IMG/VR virus record: IMGVR_UViG_3300010430_000004
Coordinates: 32,001 to 96,000 of that record
DNA from: a virus
Strand: one strand, 5' to 3'
DNA: 64,000 bases
In this document: piece by piece, positions 34,268 to 44,740 of the stretch
Layout: every line of letters starts with the position of its first letter
How positions within the stretch are numbered: position 1 is the first letter of the stretch
The notes under the pieces: model-generated
Database searches by the model: none
What the model was told of the DNA's origin: nothing
Seen by the model: only the letters and a program-made list of their open reading frames with translations
Program-made: the position numbers and the translations under genes

Positions 34268-37200
34268 ATGGCAAAATCACCAGAAGTAAAATCTTTCGAA
34301 CAAATACTATCAGAGGCTCTAGCGTCTTATGAATCTAGACATGGTGCCAACGATAACAATATTGGTGGAGCTAAACTATCATTTTTAGAGTCTGTTGCCC
34401 AAATGGTATACAGAACTACAGGTGATACTTTTCAAATACTAAAAGATCGATCTGTTGACAGAGCTAAAGGCGAAGCCCTTAAGGATATTGCACTAGAAGA
34501 AAAAGTATCAATTTTATCAGCAACCCCAGCAACTGGACCAGTTACTATTATTGATACATCTTTTGATAAAATAGCTACAAAAATATATGCAGGATCTATT
34601 GCTCAAAATTTGCCTAATGTTGGCAAGCTTTTTGTTGAAGTTTCCGATGCTTCTCTGTTTCCTACTGCTGGTTCAATTTATATTGGCAGAGGGCTAAATA
34701 CAGTTGAAGGTCCTATTGCTTATAGTTCAACCACTCAAGTAGGTGGATATTGGAGAATCAACTTAGATGCTCCACTTACAAAGTACCACAATATCTCTGA
34801 GCCTGTAATCCTTTCCCAAGGTGGAACAAGAACAGTGCCAGCTGGTACTGTAGTGTCAGCCCCTGCTGTTGGTGCCTCTGACGATATACTTTTCTCAGTT
34901 ACAGAAAACGTTACTCTTCTTGATGGAGAAAACCAAATAACAAATGTTAAAGTTGTTTCACAAAAGACTGGTGTAAAGAATAATGTACCTAAAGGTGCTA
35001 TTACCTCTTTTCCTTCTGAGCCTTTTGCTGGAGCTTCCGTACTTAATGAAATTAAATTTGATACCGCTAGAAACACCGAAAGAGATGAATCTCTAAGAGC
35101 AAGAATTAAACAATCAAGACTTTCCAAAGGTCTTGGTACACCAATAGCCATTAAAAACGCTACTCGTGGAGCTAAAGCTACCGATGAGTCTGCTACCGTT
35201 ACCTCAAACGAAATGGTCACTGGTGATGTTGACAAAACTGTTTTATTCATTGACAATGGAGAAGCATACGAAGAGAAAAGCACAGGTGTTGGGCTTGAGA
35301 TAATCGTAGAATCAGCCCTGGGTGGAGAAGATAGTTTCCAACTTTCAACTGGTGGAAGGCAGACTCAAGTAGCTAAAGCATTTATTGAAACCACTCTTTC
35401 GTCTCCTTTTGCTATTAATGGTGGAGATGTACTAGCTGTATTAGTTGGTGGAGTTGCTTATGAACACGCTTTTAAGGCTACTGATTTTGTAAGTGAAGGC
35501 GCAGCAACGGCTTTTGAAGTTGTAGCTTCTATAAACGCTAATTCAGCTATTGAATTTCAAGGCACCACTTCTGAAGATGGAGAAAAAGTAGTTCTTCAAG
35601 CCAAGGAAGAAGATGATGAATATATTCAAATAACAACGCCATCAAACGTTATCGCTGGCAATGCTGGTGACACTATGGGTTTTCCGATTAATGAAATCGA
35701 AACCATTAGAATTTATAAAAACAACAAACCATTAAACAAAAATGGGCGTTCAGCTGTTTTAAGAACAGAAAACCAAATAGATTGGTCAAATGCCATTGCC
35801 AATGGTGATACTCTTGTTTTATCTATTGATGGAACTCCAGAGCAAACTTATACTTTTACTGATGCAGATTTTATAGCCGAAGGAAGTCACACTACTGCAT
35901 CATCGACCAATACCCTAGCTTCTTGGATTAGCGTCATCAATGACAAAGTAACAGGTATAACAGCTGAAGTAGATGGAACACAGATAAAAATCACGAGTAA
36001 TCTTGGTGCAAAAACAAGAGCGGCAATTTCAATTAACCCTACATCTACTCTTGTAACCAAAGGTATGTTTACTACTAACCAAGGTTTAATATCTCAGGGC
36101 CTTGAAGCTGATTTTAAAATTTCTAGAAATACTTCTCAATTAAAATTATTTACACCATTAGATCCTGGAGACAGACTAACTGCTGGTTCTAGTTTTACCA
36201 ATGGAAATGTAGAAAGCAATCCTATTCTAGGTGGAACCCTTTCTTTTCCTACAGATGCTAGTATTTGGGTTAATTTTGATGATCCAGATTCTGCTGTGAT
36301 TAAAACTGGTTTAATTGCTGGCACACAAATGAATGTTACAAAAGAAGCAGGAAATGTTTTACGTTTCGAATCAACTACAGCTGGTGTTTTTGCTAATGTT
36401 GAAGTTGGAGATTACGTTATAATTTGGTCTGAAGAATTTGCCGCGACTAACAGGGGCGAATTTGTTGTTACAGCTAAAACTTCTGATTACTTAGATTTTA
36501 AAGTTACTTCTCTTGAATATGCCCTTGCTGCCGTTGAAGCTCTTGTTTCTTATAGTGAAGGTATTGTTGTTTTAAGATCTAAAGAAGTGCCTCAAAAATT
36601 TACAATAAGTGCTGGTGTTAAAAATATCAATACCGTAGCTGAAGAATTAAACAACCAATTTACTATGGGCGAAGTGCTGGTAGACAATGATGAAATTTTA
36701 ATTTTTGTTACAAATACAAAAGGCTCGCAGGGCTCTGTTCATATAGTTACTTTTGATTCTGCTGGTAAAAATTTAAACTTTGTTGAGGATACTTTAGATG
36801 CTAGTATCATTTCACAAATTGCTAGTTATGACAATCAAACTCTAGAAGGTTCGTTTCCTTTGTTCATACATGGTAAATTTACTTCTGAAGATGCTGCTTA
36901 TCCACCAAATGACTATATTGATACCATTGATATTGACACAGATATTACTGCTCAAGATCCAAATAATTTGGTAAATATACTAAGTCCTTATAATACAATT
37001 AATGATGTTCTAGGCGAAGACGAGCACACACAAATTAAAACTCAAAGTGCAACTACACTTACTGTTGAGCAAAATGCTCTTATTAAAAGAATCAGAACAG
37101 AAGATAGATATGCAATATTGAGCCCACTTAATTTTGGTTTTGAAGACGAGGTTGTTGCTGTTCTTGATGAAGATGCTTCAAATAGATCCTTTAAGATCCC

Positions 37201-40200
37201 AATGACTAGAACTATAACTACAAATACTACTGCAACTTTAAGTTCTAATACATTTAATGCCTACGACACAGACAATGGACCTACCGCTTCTTTGGAAGAT
37301 AGCTTTGGATCTTTGTTTAATTTTTCTAACTATAAAGCCTTGATGCAAGCCAAAAATGTACTAGATCCATCTGGTGATGAAAACTCTATATTATATAAAT
37401 CAGTTATATGGGGTGCTGGTGGAGAAAAATATAAAATAGGTTACACTTATCCTACTGCTCCTAACGCTCCAATTTTAAGTACAGTTGTGGTTAGAGACGA
37501 AGTAGATATTAAAATTTCTATAAAATCAGGAAATTCAGTCACCACTTCTATTGATGGCACTACTGAGTGGAATGTATCTATAACACCAAATACCCCTGTA
37601 GCTGGTACTGACCAAGTCACATATACATATACTGGTACTGGTACTGCTCCAAATCTCGCACCTCTTACTGGTGGAGAATATGTTAATATAAAAGAAACTT
37701 CAGGATTTAATGTTTTAAATAAAGGCATATTCAGAGTTTCAGATGAAGTTGGTTTTACTCCAACTGCTACATCTTTTAGTATAGTCAGAGCAAATGGGGA
37801 AGCTATAGCAGAAACAGACGCACCTACTCTTGTAGCAGCTGCTATTGTTTTTTATCTGTCTGACACTACCACTGCTCTTGAAGTGAAAGACTATATTGAT
37901 GCTAACCTTTCAGACTATATAGCTGCTACACTATTAGACGATAACGGAACCTCTGGCGCTGGTGAAATAAACAGAAGCACATACGAAGAAAGTGGCTTTA
38001 CTTTTTCTGAAGTTTATTTACTCGATGGTGTTAACTGGGTCTTAATGAATGATCTTTCATCTTCTCCTCAGTTTACTTTTAAAAGAAATCTCAACTTTAT
38101 TTCTGGCGGAGGCTATGCCTTTAATGATGGAGAAGTTGTAAAATTAATACCTACTACTTTTAGCCAGCTAAATGAGTTTTTAAATACACTATCTGTAACA
38201 GGTTTCTCAACACTTGGAACTGTTAAGCTTACAAATAGAGACGAGGCCCTTGAGCTTGGAACCCAAGTACTCGGTTCAGCTGGTGCGATACAGATAATTG
38301 GTGGATCAGGAAATAAAGTTGTTTCTCCTGTAATCAATCAATCAGTAGAAATCGATAATCAATATATAAAAACTTCTCTAGGGGCAGCTGCTACTTCAGG
38401 TATTAACCCTGATCAGTGGGTCAAGCTTGTCGCTCTAGACAATCAAAACAAGATTACAAATTTCTCAAATGTAAATAGAATAAAAATAACCCCAAATACA
38501 CCAACAGCTAATAAATCACTTATCCAAATAAGCAACTCCCAAGATGGAGAAAGACATTTTGGTGCTCCAAGAAGATTCGTAAGAGATCGTGGAAGAACTT
38601 TTAAGGTTGAATTCCAAGGTAGTCTTGTTTGTATTAGCCATGACGGTATATCTGCCAGTCCAGCTTTTCAAAAAGAAGTAGAGCTAAACGATGCTGCTGG
38701 TGGAACTATTAGTGTATTTCGTGGAATAAACAGCAATCTAGCTACCTATGTTATTGAGAGTGGTCTGGCCACCTTTAAAGCAATGGATCATGGTGACTTC
38801 CTAACAGTTTCTGGTTTATCTGATTCAGAAAATAACGGCACTTTCAAAGTAATCCAAATATCTTCTGATGGCTTAACTGCCACTGTAAGAAACCCAGATG
38901 CTGTAAATAGTCTTCCAGATGCTACTATAACTATTACAAATAACGCTAATATAACCAGTGATACTTTTTCTGTCAATGGAACTTCTCTAGTAGAAGGTGT
39001 AGACTTTGCTGCTGGAGTTGATGATGAAGCTACTGCTGCAAATCTTGCAGCTGCTATAGCAGTTATTGTAGGGGTTACAGCTGTAGCTGATACAAATATA
39101 ATTACTGTTACTTCTGATACTCAAGGTGTAATAGTTCCTATTTCTTATACAGATAGTGGAAGTGGAGTTGCTGCTACAGTTTCTGATCCTCAACTTACTG
39201 GTGAAACTTTTGCAGATGCTAATCTAGTAGGAAATGCTGAAATTAGAGAAGGCGACACCGTTATTTTTGGTTCACCTTTTAATATTCTTAATCAGGGAAG
39301 ACATAGAGTTATCAGAACCTATAATGATTCTATTTATATAGAAAATGATAAAGCCGTTGAAGAAATGGTTGATATCGTAGACAATTTAATTTCAACTGGT
39401 GCTGATGCGACTACTGAATACGATGTTTTAAATAATAATGAATTTATGAGAATCCAATGGACTGGTACAGGCACAGAGCCTGATTTAGGCTTGCTTAAAG
39501 TTGGAGATATATTAACTATCGGTACTGATTTTAATGCAGCAAACCAAGGCGAATTTGCCATTGTAAAACCTAAATCTGCTCAATCAGAAATAACTAGAGT
39601 TACAACTGTCCCATCGACAGAAATAACTACAGGAACTCACTTTTTGCTAAATAATGCTGGTGATGTAATAGAATATTACGTTTGGTATAATAAAAATGGC
39701 GGCGGTGGAGACCCAGGTTTGGCCGGAAAAACTGGAGTCGAAGTTGCTATTACTCTTGTTGACACTGACGAAGAAATTGCCACTAAGACAAAAAATCTTT
39801 TGGATCCTCTTGGTGATTTTACTGTTGGGTTACAGTCAAACGTACTTACAATAACTACTGTTGGTAAAAACTTTACCACAAATTCAGCCGATGGTGATAT
39901 TGGTGGAAACTTTTTAGTTGAAACATTACAAGAAGGCAATGTTACCTATGTTGACTTAATTAATCCAGGGTTTGCCACTGAAACTGGAATCACTGTAAGT
40001 GATGTTTTTGAAACCCATCGCCCATCGTTTAAAGTTTACGAATACGAAGCTTCTGTTGAAAATGACGTATTCAGTATTGCTTCTGATTATTTCAATGAAA
40101 ATAACATTGGAACATGGACCATTGAAGAAGTTCTTGACCGTGATACTATAATTGTTTCTGGAAATATGACTGCTTTAGATGAAACACCACTGTTAAGCAA

Positions 40201-40828
40201 TGAAGAAGCTATTTTTGTAGAAGAAGGTGTTAAATATACTGGTTACAAATTCATACATACCATGGGTATCGATCCTGGAAATAGCACTTTAATGAATCTT
40301 ATATTTGACAGCCAAGATCAAGTAGAAAAAATAAACAATATTGGTGTTGTTTCGGCAAATACTATTAATAAACTTAATTTTGAAACAGCCATTAAAAATG
40401 GTCTAGATAGTTACAGATTTTCAACTGGTTTAATAGCAGAAACAAACAGAATAGTTTACGGTGATCCTAGAGATAACCAAACATATCCTGGAGTTGCTGC
40501 TGCTGGTGCTGAGATTTTCATTAATGGACCTCTTGTTAAAAAGATTCAAGTGTCAGTTGACATTAGAGTTAAAACAGGTATTCCATTTACTTCAATAGCA
40601 GAACAAGCTAGAAACGCTATTTCTGCTCTTGTAAACTCTAACGACATAGGAAAAGCTATTGCAATTTCGGATATAGTTGGTGTTGTTAGGCAAATACCTG
40701 GAGTGTTGTCTATAGCTATAAGTAGCCCACAGTATGACCCAGCTAATGATATCATTGCTGTTCAGCCTGCTGAGAAAACACTAATACTAGATGATATTAA
40801 TGATATCATTGTAAGCGAAATTGGATAA
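34268..40828 (+). CDS. Giant baseplate J/gp6-like wedge protein
   Basis: J motifs at both ends (ERDESLRARI...KGLGT; IAISDIVGVVRQIPGV) with a very large internal insertion. Confidence 0.8.
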   Translation: MAKSPEVKSFEQILSEALASYESRHGANDNNIGGAKLSFLESVAQMVYRTTGDTFQILKDRSVDRAKGEALKDIALEEKVSILSATPATGPVTIIDTSFDKIATKIYAGSIAQNLPNVGKLFVEVSDASLFPTAGSIYIGRGLNTVEGPIAYSSTTQVGGYWRINLDAPLTKYHNISEPVILSQGGTRTVPAGTVVSAPAVGASDDILFSVTENVTLLDGENQITNVKVVSQKTGVKNNVPKGAITSFPSEPFAGASVLNEIKFDTARNTERDESLRARIKQSRLSKGLGTPIAIKNATRGAKATDESATVTSNEMVTGDVDKTVLFIDNGEAYEEKSTGVGLEIIVESALGGEDSFQLSTGGRQTQVAKAFIETTLSSPFAINGGDVLAVLVGGVAYEHAFKATDFVSEGAATAFEVVASINANSAIEFQGTTSEDGEKVVLQAKEEDDEYIQITTPSNVIAGNAGDTMGFPINEIETIRIYKNNKPLNKNGRSAVLRTENQIDWSNAIANGDTLVLSIDGTPEQTYTFTDADFIAEGSHTTASSTNTLASWISVINDKVTGITAEVDGTQIKITSNLGAKTRAAISINPTSTLVTKGMFTTNQGLISQGLEADFKISRNTSQLKLFTPLDPGDRLTAGSSFTNGNVESNPILGGTLSFPTDASIWVNFDDPDSAVIKTGLIAGTQMNVTKEAGNVLRFESTTAGVFANVEVGDYVIIWSEEFAATNRGEFVVTAKTSDYLDFKVTSLEYALAAVEALVSYSEGIVVLRSKEVPQKFTISAGVKNINTVAEELNNQFTMGEVLVDNDEILIFVTNTKGSQGSVHIVTFDSAGKNLNFVEDTLDASIISQIASYDNQTLEGSFPLFIHGKFTSEDAAYPPNDYIDTIDIDTDITAQDPNNLVNILSPYNTINDVLGEDEHTQIKTQSATTLTVEQNALIKRIRTEDRYAILSPLNFGFEDEVVAVLDEDASNRSFKIPMTRTITTNTTATLSSNTFNAYDTDNGPTASLEDSFGSLFNFSNYKALMQAKNVLDPSGDENSILYKSVIWGAGGEKYKIGYTYPTAPNAPILSTVVVRDEVDIKISIKSGNSVTTSIDGTTEWNVSITPNTPVAGTDQVTYTYTGTGTAPNLAPLTGGEYVNIKETSGFNVLNKGIFRVSDEVGFTPTATSFSIVRANGEAIAETDAPTLVAAAIVFYLSDTTTALEVKDYIDANLSDYIAATLLDDNGTSGAGEINRSTYEESGFTFSEVYLLDGVNWVLMNDLSSSPQFTFKRNLNFISGGGYAFNDGEVVKLIPTTFSQLNEFLNTLSVTGFSTLGTVKLTNRDEALELGTQVLGSAGAIQIIGGSGNKVVSPVINQSVEIDNQYIKTSLGAAATSGINPDQWVKLVALDNQNKITNFSNVNRIKITPNTPTANKSLIQISNSQDGERHFGAPRRFVRDRGRTFKVEFQGSLVCISHDGISASPAFQKEVELNDAAGGTISVFRGINSNLATYVIESGLATFKAMDHGDFLTVSGLSDSENNGTFKVIQISSDGLTATVRNPDAVNSLPDATITITNNANITSDTFSVNGTSLVEGVDFAAGVDDEATAANLAAAIAVIVGVTAVADTNIITVTSDTQGVIVPISYTDSGSGVAATVSDPQLTGETFADANLVGNAEIREGDTVIFGSPFNILNQGRHRVIRTYNDSIYIENDKAVEEMVDIVDNLISTGADATTEYDVLNNNEFMRIQWTGTGTEPDLGLLKVGDILTIGTDFNAANQGEFAIVKPKSAQSEITRVTTVPSTEITTGTHFLLNNAGDVIEYYVWYNKNGGGGDPGLAGKTGVEVAITLVDTDEEIATKTKNLLDPLGDFTVGLQSNVLTITTVGKNFTTNSADGDIGGNFLVETLQEGNVTYVDLINPGFATETGITVSDVFETHRPSFKVYEYEASVENDVFSIASDYFNENNIGTWTIEEVLDRDTIIVSGNMTALDETPLLSNEEAIFVEEGVKYTGYKFIHTMGIDPGNSTLMNLIFDSQDQVEKINNIGVVSANTINKLNFETAIKNGLDSYRFSTGLIAETNRIVYGDPRDNQTYPGVAAAGAEIFINGPLVKKIQVSVDIRVKTGIPFTSIAEQARNAISALVNSNDIGKAIAISDIVGVVRQIPGVLSIAISSPQYDPANDIIAVQPAEKTLILDDINDIIVSEIG

Positions 40829-40830
40829 TA

Positions 40831-42495
40831 ATGGCGACCATTGAAGAAGAAATACAAAAAGAATACGAAAGGTTAAGAAAATATCTTAACCCTTCAATTA
40901 AGGGTCCAGAAGTGGATGCTATTCTTTATGGTGTTGCCGCCATGAGTCGTGGCCTTATACACAACGTAGAAGCTGTACACGATCAATTATATATAGTCTC
41001 TGCTACTGGGAAATATCTCGATCAAAGACTAGCAGATTATGGCCTAATTCGTCCAGGCTCAGTTGGTTTATCTGATGAAATTTTTAAAGAAATCGGAATC
41101 GAAGTAATCAACAGAAAACAAGTAAGAGATCTTATACATATATTATTAAGAACAATGTATGGAGAAGAATTTACAAATGCTACTATTAGGGCAAATACTC
41201 TTGAACCTTACAATTTAAATGATGGTGATGATCTTATTCTTTCAATAGATGATAGTGATCCTATTATTGTAAAGTTTACCACTGATCAATTTTCAAATAT
41301 AAATGCTGCTACTGCTCAAGAAGTTGCTGATGCAATAACCAAAGAGATTAGAAAGCAAGGACTAACAGGTTCTGGTGTAGCAAAAGACGATGGCCTTGGT
41401 GGGTATGTAATTTTATTTTCAGACACTTCAGGTCCATCATCTACTATAAAAGTTCTTGGTGGACGTTCACAAAACGAATTTAAATTTGATCAAATCAGAC
41501 CTACCAGTGGAGATGCTTCCACTCAATGGACCATTGAACAACAGCCTTCTGGTACAACTCGTGCTACGTGGACTGCTGGTGCCAATCCAAATATAGGAAA
41601 AGTTAAAGTTGGAGACTATGCTAATATTTTTGGTTCAGCCTTTGACGATAACAATAAAGGTACTTTTAATATACTAGAAGTCAAGGGTGGAACTGTTGGA
41701 AATGCCTATGTAGAGTATGATAATCCATTAGGCATAAATGAAATTCAATTACAAGGTACACCGGATGGGTTTTTGTTTTTTAATCCTGAACGCAAAACAT
41801 TAAATAGCAAATTACGCTTTGCTGCTGCTTATCAGTCAGAAAGTAGGTTACTTGAGGTGTTCTTACCAGCAGTAACAAAAGTTGTTAGAAGAGACAGAGA
41901 AGGCGCTTCACATCTACATGACCCGACCGCTGCAGGATATGTACCTAACGATGGTACTTTCCCAGGTCCTTATCTTTTTGATCTTAGCAAGAACTATGTT
42001 ATTGGTGATGTAGCAACTACAAACGATGATGAACTTAATAATGGTTCTAATAATGTTTTTCAAGTAGCAGACTCTTCACAATTTCCAGATGAACAAGGAA
42101 GCTTAGTTTTTGGTTTTGGAACTTCGCATGAAGAGGGTCCAGTCCCTTATATTGCTAGACCTTCAAATAATTCACTTATGATTAGCCCTGCTTACAAATT
42201 CAAAAAAGTACACCCAGCTGGAACAGATGTTTCTTTTATTATTCAAAATAGCCCATATATTCCAGCTAAAGACGGCACGGATTATCCTTTTTATATTACA
42301 GACAGTATATCAGGCAGATTATATGCTGAAGAATTGATTAAAACAGTAGCTGCCACTGGTATTCGCTTAGTTATTACTATACTTTACCCCAATGATATTG
42401 GGCTTGGTAAACATGGCACTCCTTTTTCTGAAAAAACAGAAGTATGGGGTGACGATGGTTGGGCAAAACCTTTTCAAATAAATGAGGATGAGTAA
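40831..42495 (+). CDS. Baseplate wedge protein (P2 gpI/gp7-like)
   Basis: SATGKYLD...GLIRP...SDEIF; C-terminal VAATGI; follows J. Confidence 0.7.
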   Translation: MATIEEEIQKEYERLRKYLNPSIKGPEVDAILYGVAAMSRGLIHNVEAVHDQLYIVSATGKYLDQRLADYGLIRPGSVGLSDEIFKEIGIEVINRKQVRDLIHILLRTMYGEEFTNATIRANTLEPYNLNDGDDLILSIDDSDPIIVKFTTDQFSNINAATAQEVADAITKEIRKQGLTGSGVAKDDGLGGYVILFSDTSGPSSTIKVLGGRSQNEFKFDQIRPTSGDASTQWTIEQQPSGTTRATWTAGANPNIGKVKVGDYANIFGSAFDDNNKGTFNILEVKGGTVGNAYVEYDNPLGINEIQLQGTPDGFLFFNPERKTLNSKLRFAAAYQSESRLLEVFLPAVTKVVRRDREGASHLHDPTAAGYVPNDGTFPGPYLFDLSKNYVIGDVATTNDDELNNGSNNVFQVADSSQFPDEQGSLVFGFGTSHEEGPVPYIARPSNNSLMISPAYKFKKVHPAGTDVSFIIQNSPYIPAKDGTDYPFYITDSISGRLYAEELIKTVAATGIRLVITILYPNDIGLGKHGTPFSEKTEVWGDDGWAKPFQINEDE

Positions 42496-42923
42496 TGTCA
42501 CAATCCATAGTAGTAAAAGGAGCAGATGTAAAAGTCTATATGAATGGCGAAGTTGTACCAGAGGTTCAAAAAATTAGCTATGCTATAAACTATGGCGAGC
42601 AAGAAATATATGGAATAGATCAAGTATTCCCTCAAGAAATTGCTGTAACAAAAGTGTCAGTAGCTGGATCTATATCGGGATTTAAAACAAAATATTCCGG
42701 TGGACTTCAAGCAAAGGCCCTACGACCATTGATATTTGATGTACTAAACGCACCATACATCAGCTTAAGAGTGGTGGATAGATCTACTGGTGAAGATATC
42801 ATTTATATTCCTAGCATTAAAGTTTCAGATGAGACTATGGGTGCTGCTGCTAAGGGAATAGTAAATCTTAGTTTTAAATTTAAAGGTATTATGCCTTTTA
42901 ATCCTCTTGACCGAAATTCTTAG
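42495..42923 (+). CDS. Tail tube-like protein
   Basis: 142 aa, beta-rich; EIYGIDQVFPQEIA. Confidence 0.55.
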   Translation: MSQSIVVKGADVKVYMNGEVVPEVQKISYAINYGEQEIYGIDQVFPQEIAVTKVSVAGSISGFKTKYSGGLQAKALRPLIFDVLNAPYISLRVVDRSTGEDIIYIPSIKVSDETMGAAAKGIVNLSFKFKGIMPFNPLDRNS

Positions 42924-43098
42924 AAATTTTTCTAATACACCAAGCACAAATCGCTGAATAAGAAACACCTATGCTGGCTGTCCAGAATATACCAAACGTA
43001 GGTGTAAATTCAACCATTAATGGAATTATAAAAATTAAAGAAATAAAGAAAAGTCTATCTAGCCAATTAAGCTTATTCTGGCTCATCGCTAGAGCCAC
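42898..43098 (-). CDS. Small two-TM membrane protein
   Basis: Two hydrophobic segments. Confidence 0.5.
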   Translation of the reverse strand: MALAMSQNKLNWLDRLFFISLIFIIPLMVEFTPTFGIFWTASIGVSYSAICAWCIRKISKNFGQED

Positions 43099-43396
43099 TT
43101 AAATCTAAGCTTTTTTCAGAAAGATTGATTTTAACTCCATCAAGCCTTCTGAGCCTATAAAATATAAAAGTAGAAAACATAAGCATGGTAGGCATTATAG
43201 TGGCGGTCATGTAGTCACCTTTAATAGTCATCATAACAGAAGATACCATTATAGTTAAAAAGGCTGTAAAGAAACCAATATAAAACATCATAAGAGTAAC
43301 TGAAGGCTTGCCACGTACAGGGTCATGTACAAACGGCCAGTTCATACCTTTTTTGCACCACTTTTCCCATCTTTCCATTACATCTGCAAAGCTCAT
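43073..43396 (-). CDS. Two-TM membrane protein, holin candidate
   Basis: GKPSVTL followed by two TM segments and a basic tail; late motif at 43412. Confidence 0.5.
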   Translation of the reverse strand: MSFADVMERWEKWCKKGMNWPFVHDPVRGKPSVTLMMFYIGFFTAFLTIMVSSVMMTIKGDYMTATIMPTMLMFSTFIFYRLRRLDGVKINLSEKSLDLSGSSDEPE

Positions 43397-43420
43397 AATA
43401 ATCTCCTACAATAAAGATTA

Positions 43421-43669
43421 CTAGAACTCCCATCTATATGAAATATATTTCTTATCTATAGCATTTGCCAATATAAGAGTATTCACTATCAATACTTTTT
43501 GGGTAGGAGATATTCCCTTTGTTATTCTTTTTTCATATTTTTTAATATTTTCATCTAGCCCAGCTTCTCTGGAATAGGATATAGCTAATTGATTCAAAGC
43601 CCTGTCTTGATCAGGGCTAGGTGTAATTGATATTCCAACTGCTAAAGAAAGTGTAACTATTTCGAGCAT
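43421..43669 (-). CDS. Hypothetical protein
   Basis: 82-aa ORF. Confidence 0.5.
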   Translation of the reverse strand: MLEIVTLSLAVGISITPSPDQDRALNQLAISYSREAGLDENIKKYEKRITKGISPTQKVLIVNTLILANAIDKKYISYRWEF

Positions 43670-43832
43670 TTACAAGATTTACACTTGCCTTGTCTTAGCT
43701 TTAAAAGTTCATTTTGAAGCTTTGTATCAAGAGCATAAAATCCCTTGTCATCGATCACTTTGTTTATAAGGACTTTATTTTTCTCTTGTTCTTCAGCAAA
43801 TCTGATTTTATTACCTAATTTTTCAAAAAATT

Positions 43833-44234
43833 TCACTCTTCATCCTTTTCGCTAACAACTCCATCCACAGTGGCTGGATTGTATTTTTTCATAGCAGTTT
43901 TATTGTCGCACTCAAGGTTGCTACATTTTCTGCTATAATATACGCCATGTGGTAGATTCATCAATCTGATTTCCATAATACCACCACCACAGGTGTAGCA
44001 TTCCCATCTACTCTTGGCTTTGTTGTACTTTTTATTAATTTTTATTTGTTCTTTATCTTCTTCTATTTGCCTAGCTACTAGATCCTGAAGGTCTGCCAAT
44101 CTCTCAGAACTGGTGGCCCTACTTAGTTGGCTTCTTAATGAAGAAATCTGCCTTTTAAGTTTTTTAATAGTTTCCCTAGCTCTTTGAAGTTCATTAAGTT
44201 CTTTCTCGCCGTGAATTCTTCTACCTTTTGACAT
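43833..44234 (-). CDS. Coiled-coil protein with Zn-ribbon
   Basis: CYTC...CSNLEC. Confidence 0.65.
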   Translation of the reverse strand: MSKGRRIHGEKELNELQRARETIKKLKRQISSLRSQLSRATSSERLADLQDLVARQIEEDKEQIKINKKYNKAKSRWECYTCGGGIMEIRLMNLPHGVYYSRKCSNLECDNKTAMKKYNPATVDGVVSEKDEE

Positions 44235-44383
44235 TGTGTATCCTTTTTAGAACCATCTTTATTAAAGATTTCGGTTTTTCCTGATTTGGTGAAAAATACT
44301 GCAATATATTCTTTTCCCATATATTGCACTACACCTCTGTCACCGTTATAGTCTACAATGTCATTTTCTATAAATTTTAACAT
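44135..44383 (-). CDS. Small SH3-like hypothetical protein
   Basis: FIENDIVDYNGDRGVV; 3' end overlaps the next gene. Confidence 0.45.
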   Translation of the reverse strand: MLKFIENDIVDYNGDRGVVQYMGKEYIAVFFTKSGKTEIFNKDGSKKDTQCQKVEEFTARKNLMNFKELGKLLKNLKGRFLH

Positions 44384-44601
44384 CCATGAGCCTCCGTCAA
44401 TTTAATAATATCCTCAAACCATTTGCTTATTTTGTCATGGTCGGCATTTTCTTTCTTAACCCTTAATTTGTGTGAGATTTGGCAATTATCTATATATTCC
44501 CAAACCTCATATCCAGGAGCTACATCTATTTGCAACATATTTATATCTCCTGCATTGGCTTGAATTGCCATAAACGATATTAATAACAGTAGTTTTTTCA
44601 T
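44377..44601 (-). CDS. Small secreted protein
   Basis: Signal peptide ending ANA; GGAGG RBS. Confidence 0.6.
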   Translation of the reverse strand: MKKLLLLISFMAIQANAGDINMLQIDVAPGYEVWEYIDNCQISHKLRVKKENADHDKISKWFEDIIKLTEAHGC

Positions 44602-44618
44602 AATTCCTCCATATTTTC

Positions 44619-44647
44619 AATATAGCATGAATTTGCCAAAAAAGCTA
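44619..44647 (-). promoter_or_regulatory. sigma70-type promoter
   Basis: TAGCTT-N17-TATATT with extended TG. Confidence 0.65.
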
Positions 44648-44740
44648 CTAAATTTTGTACAGTAATTAATCTTTAATTAAAGAATAATAAATGTTATAAA
44701 AGTAAATCTTTATAATATAGACGCTTTATAGAGGAATTAA

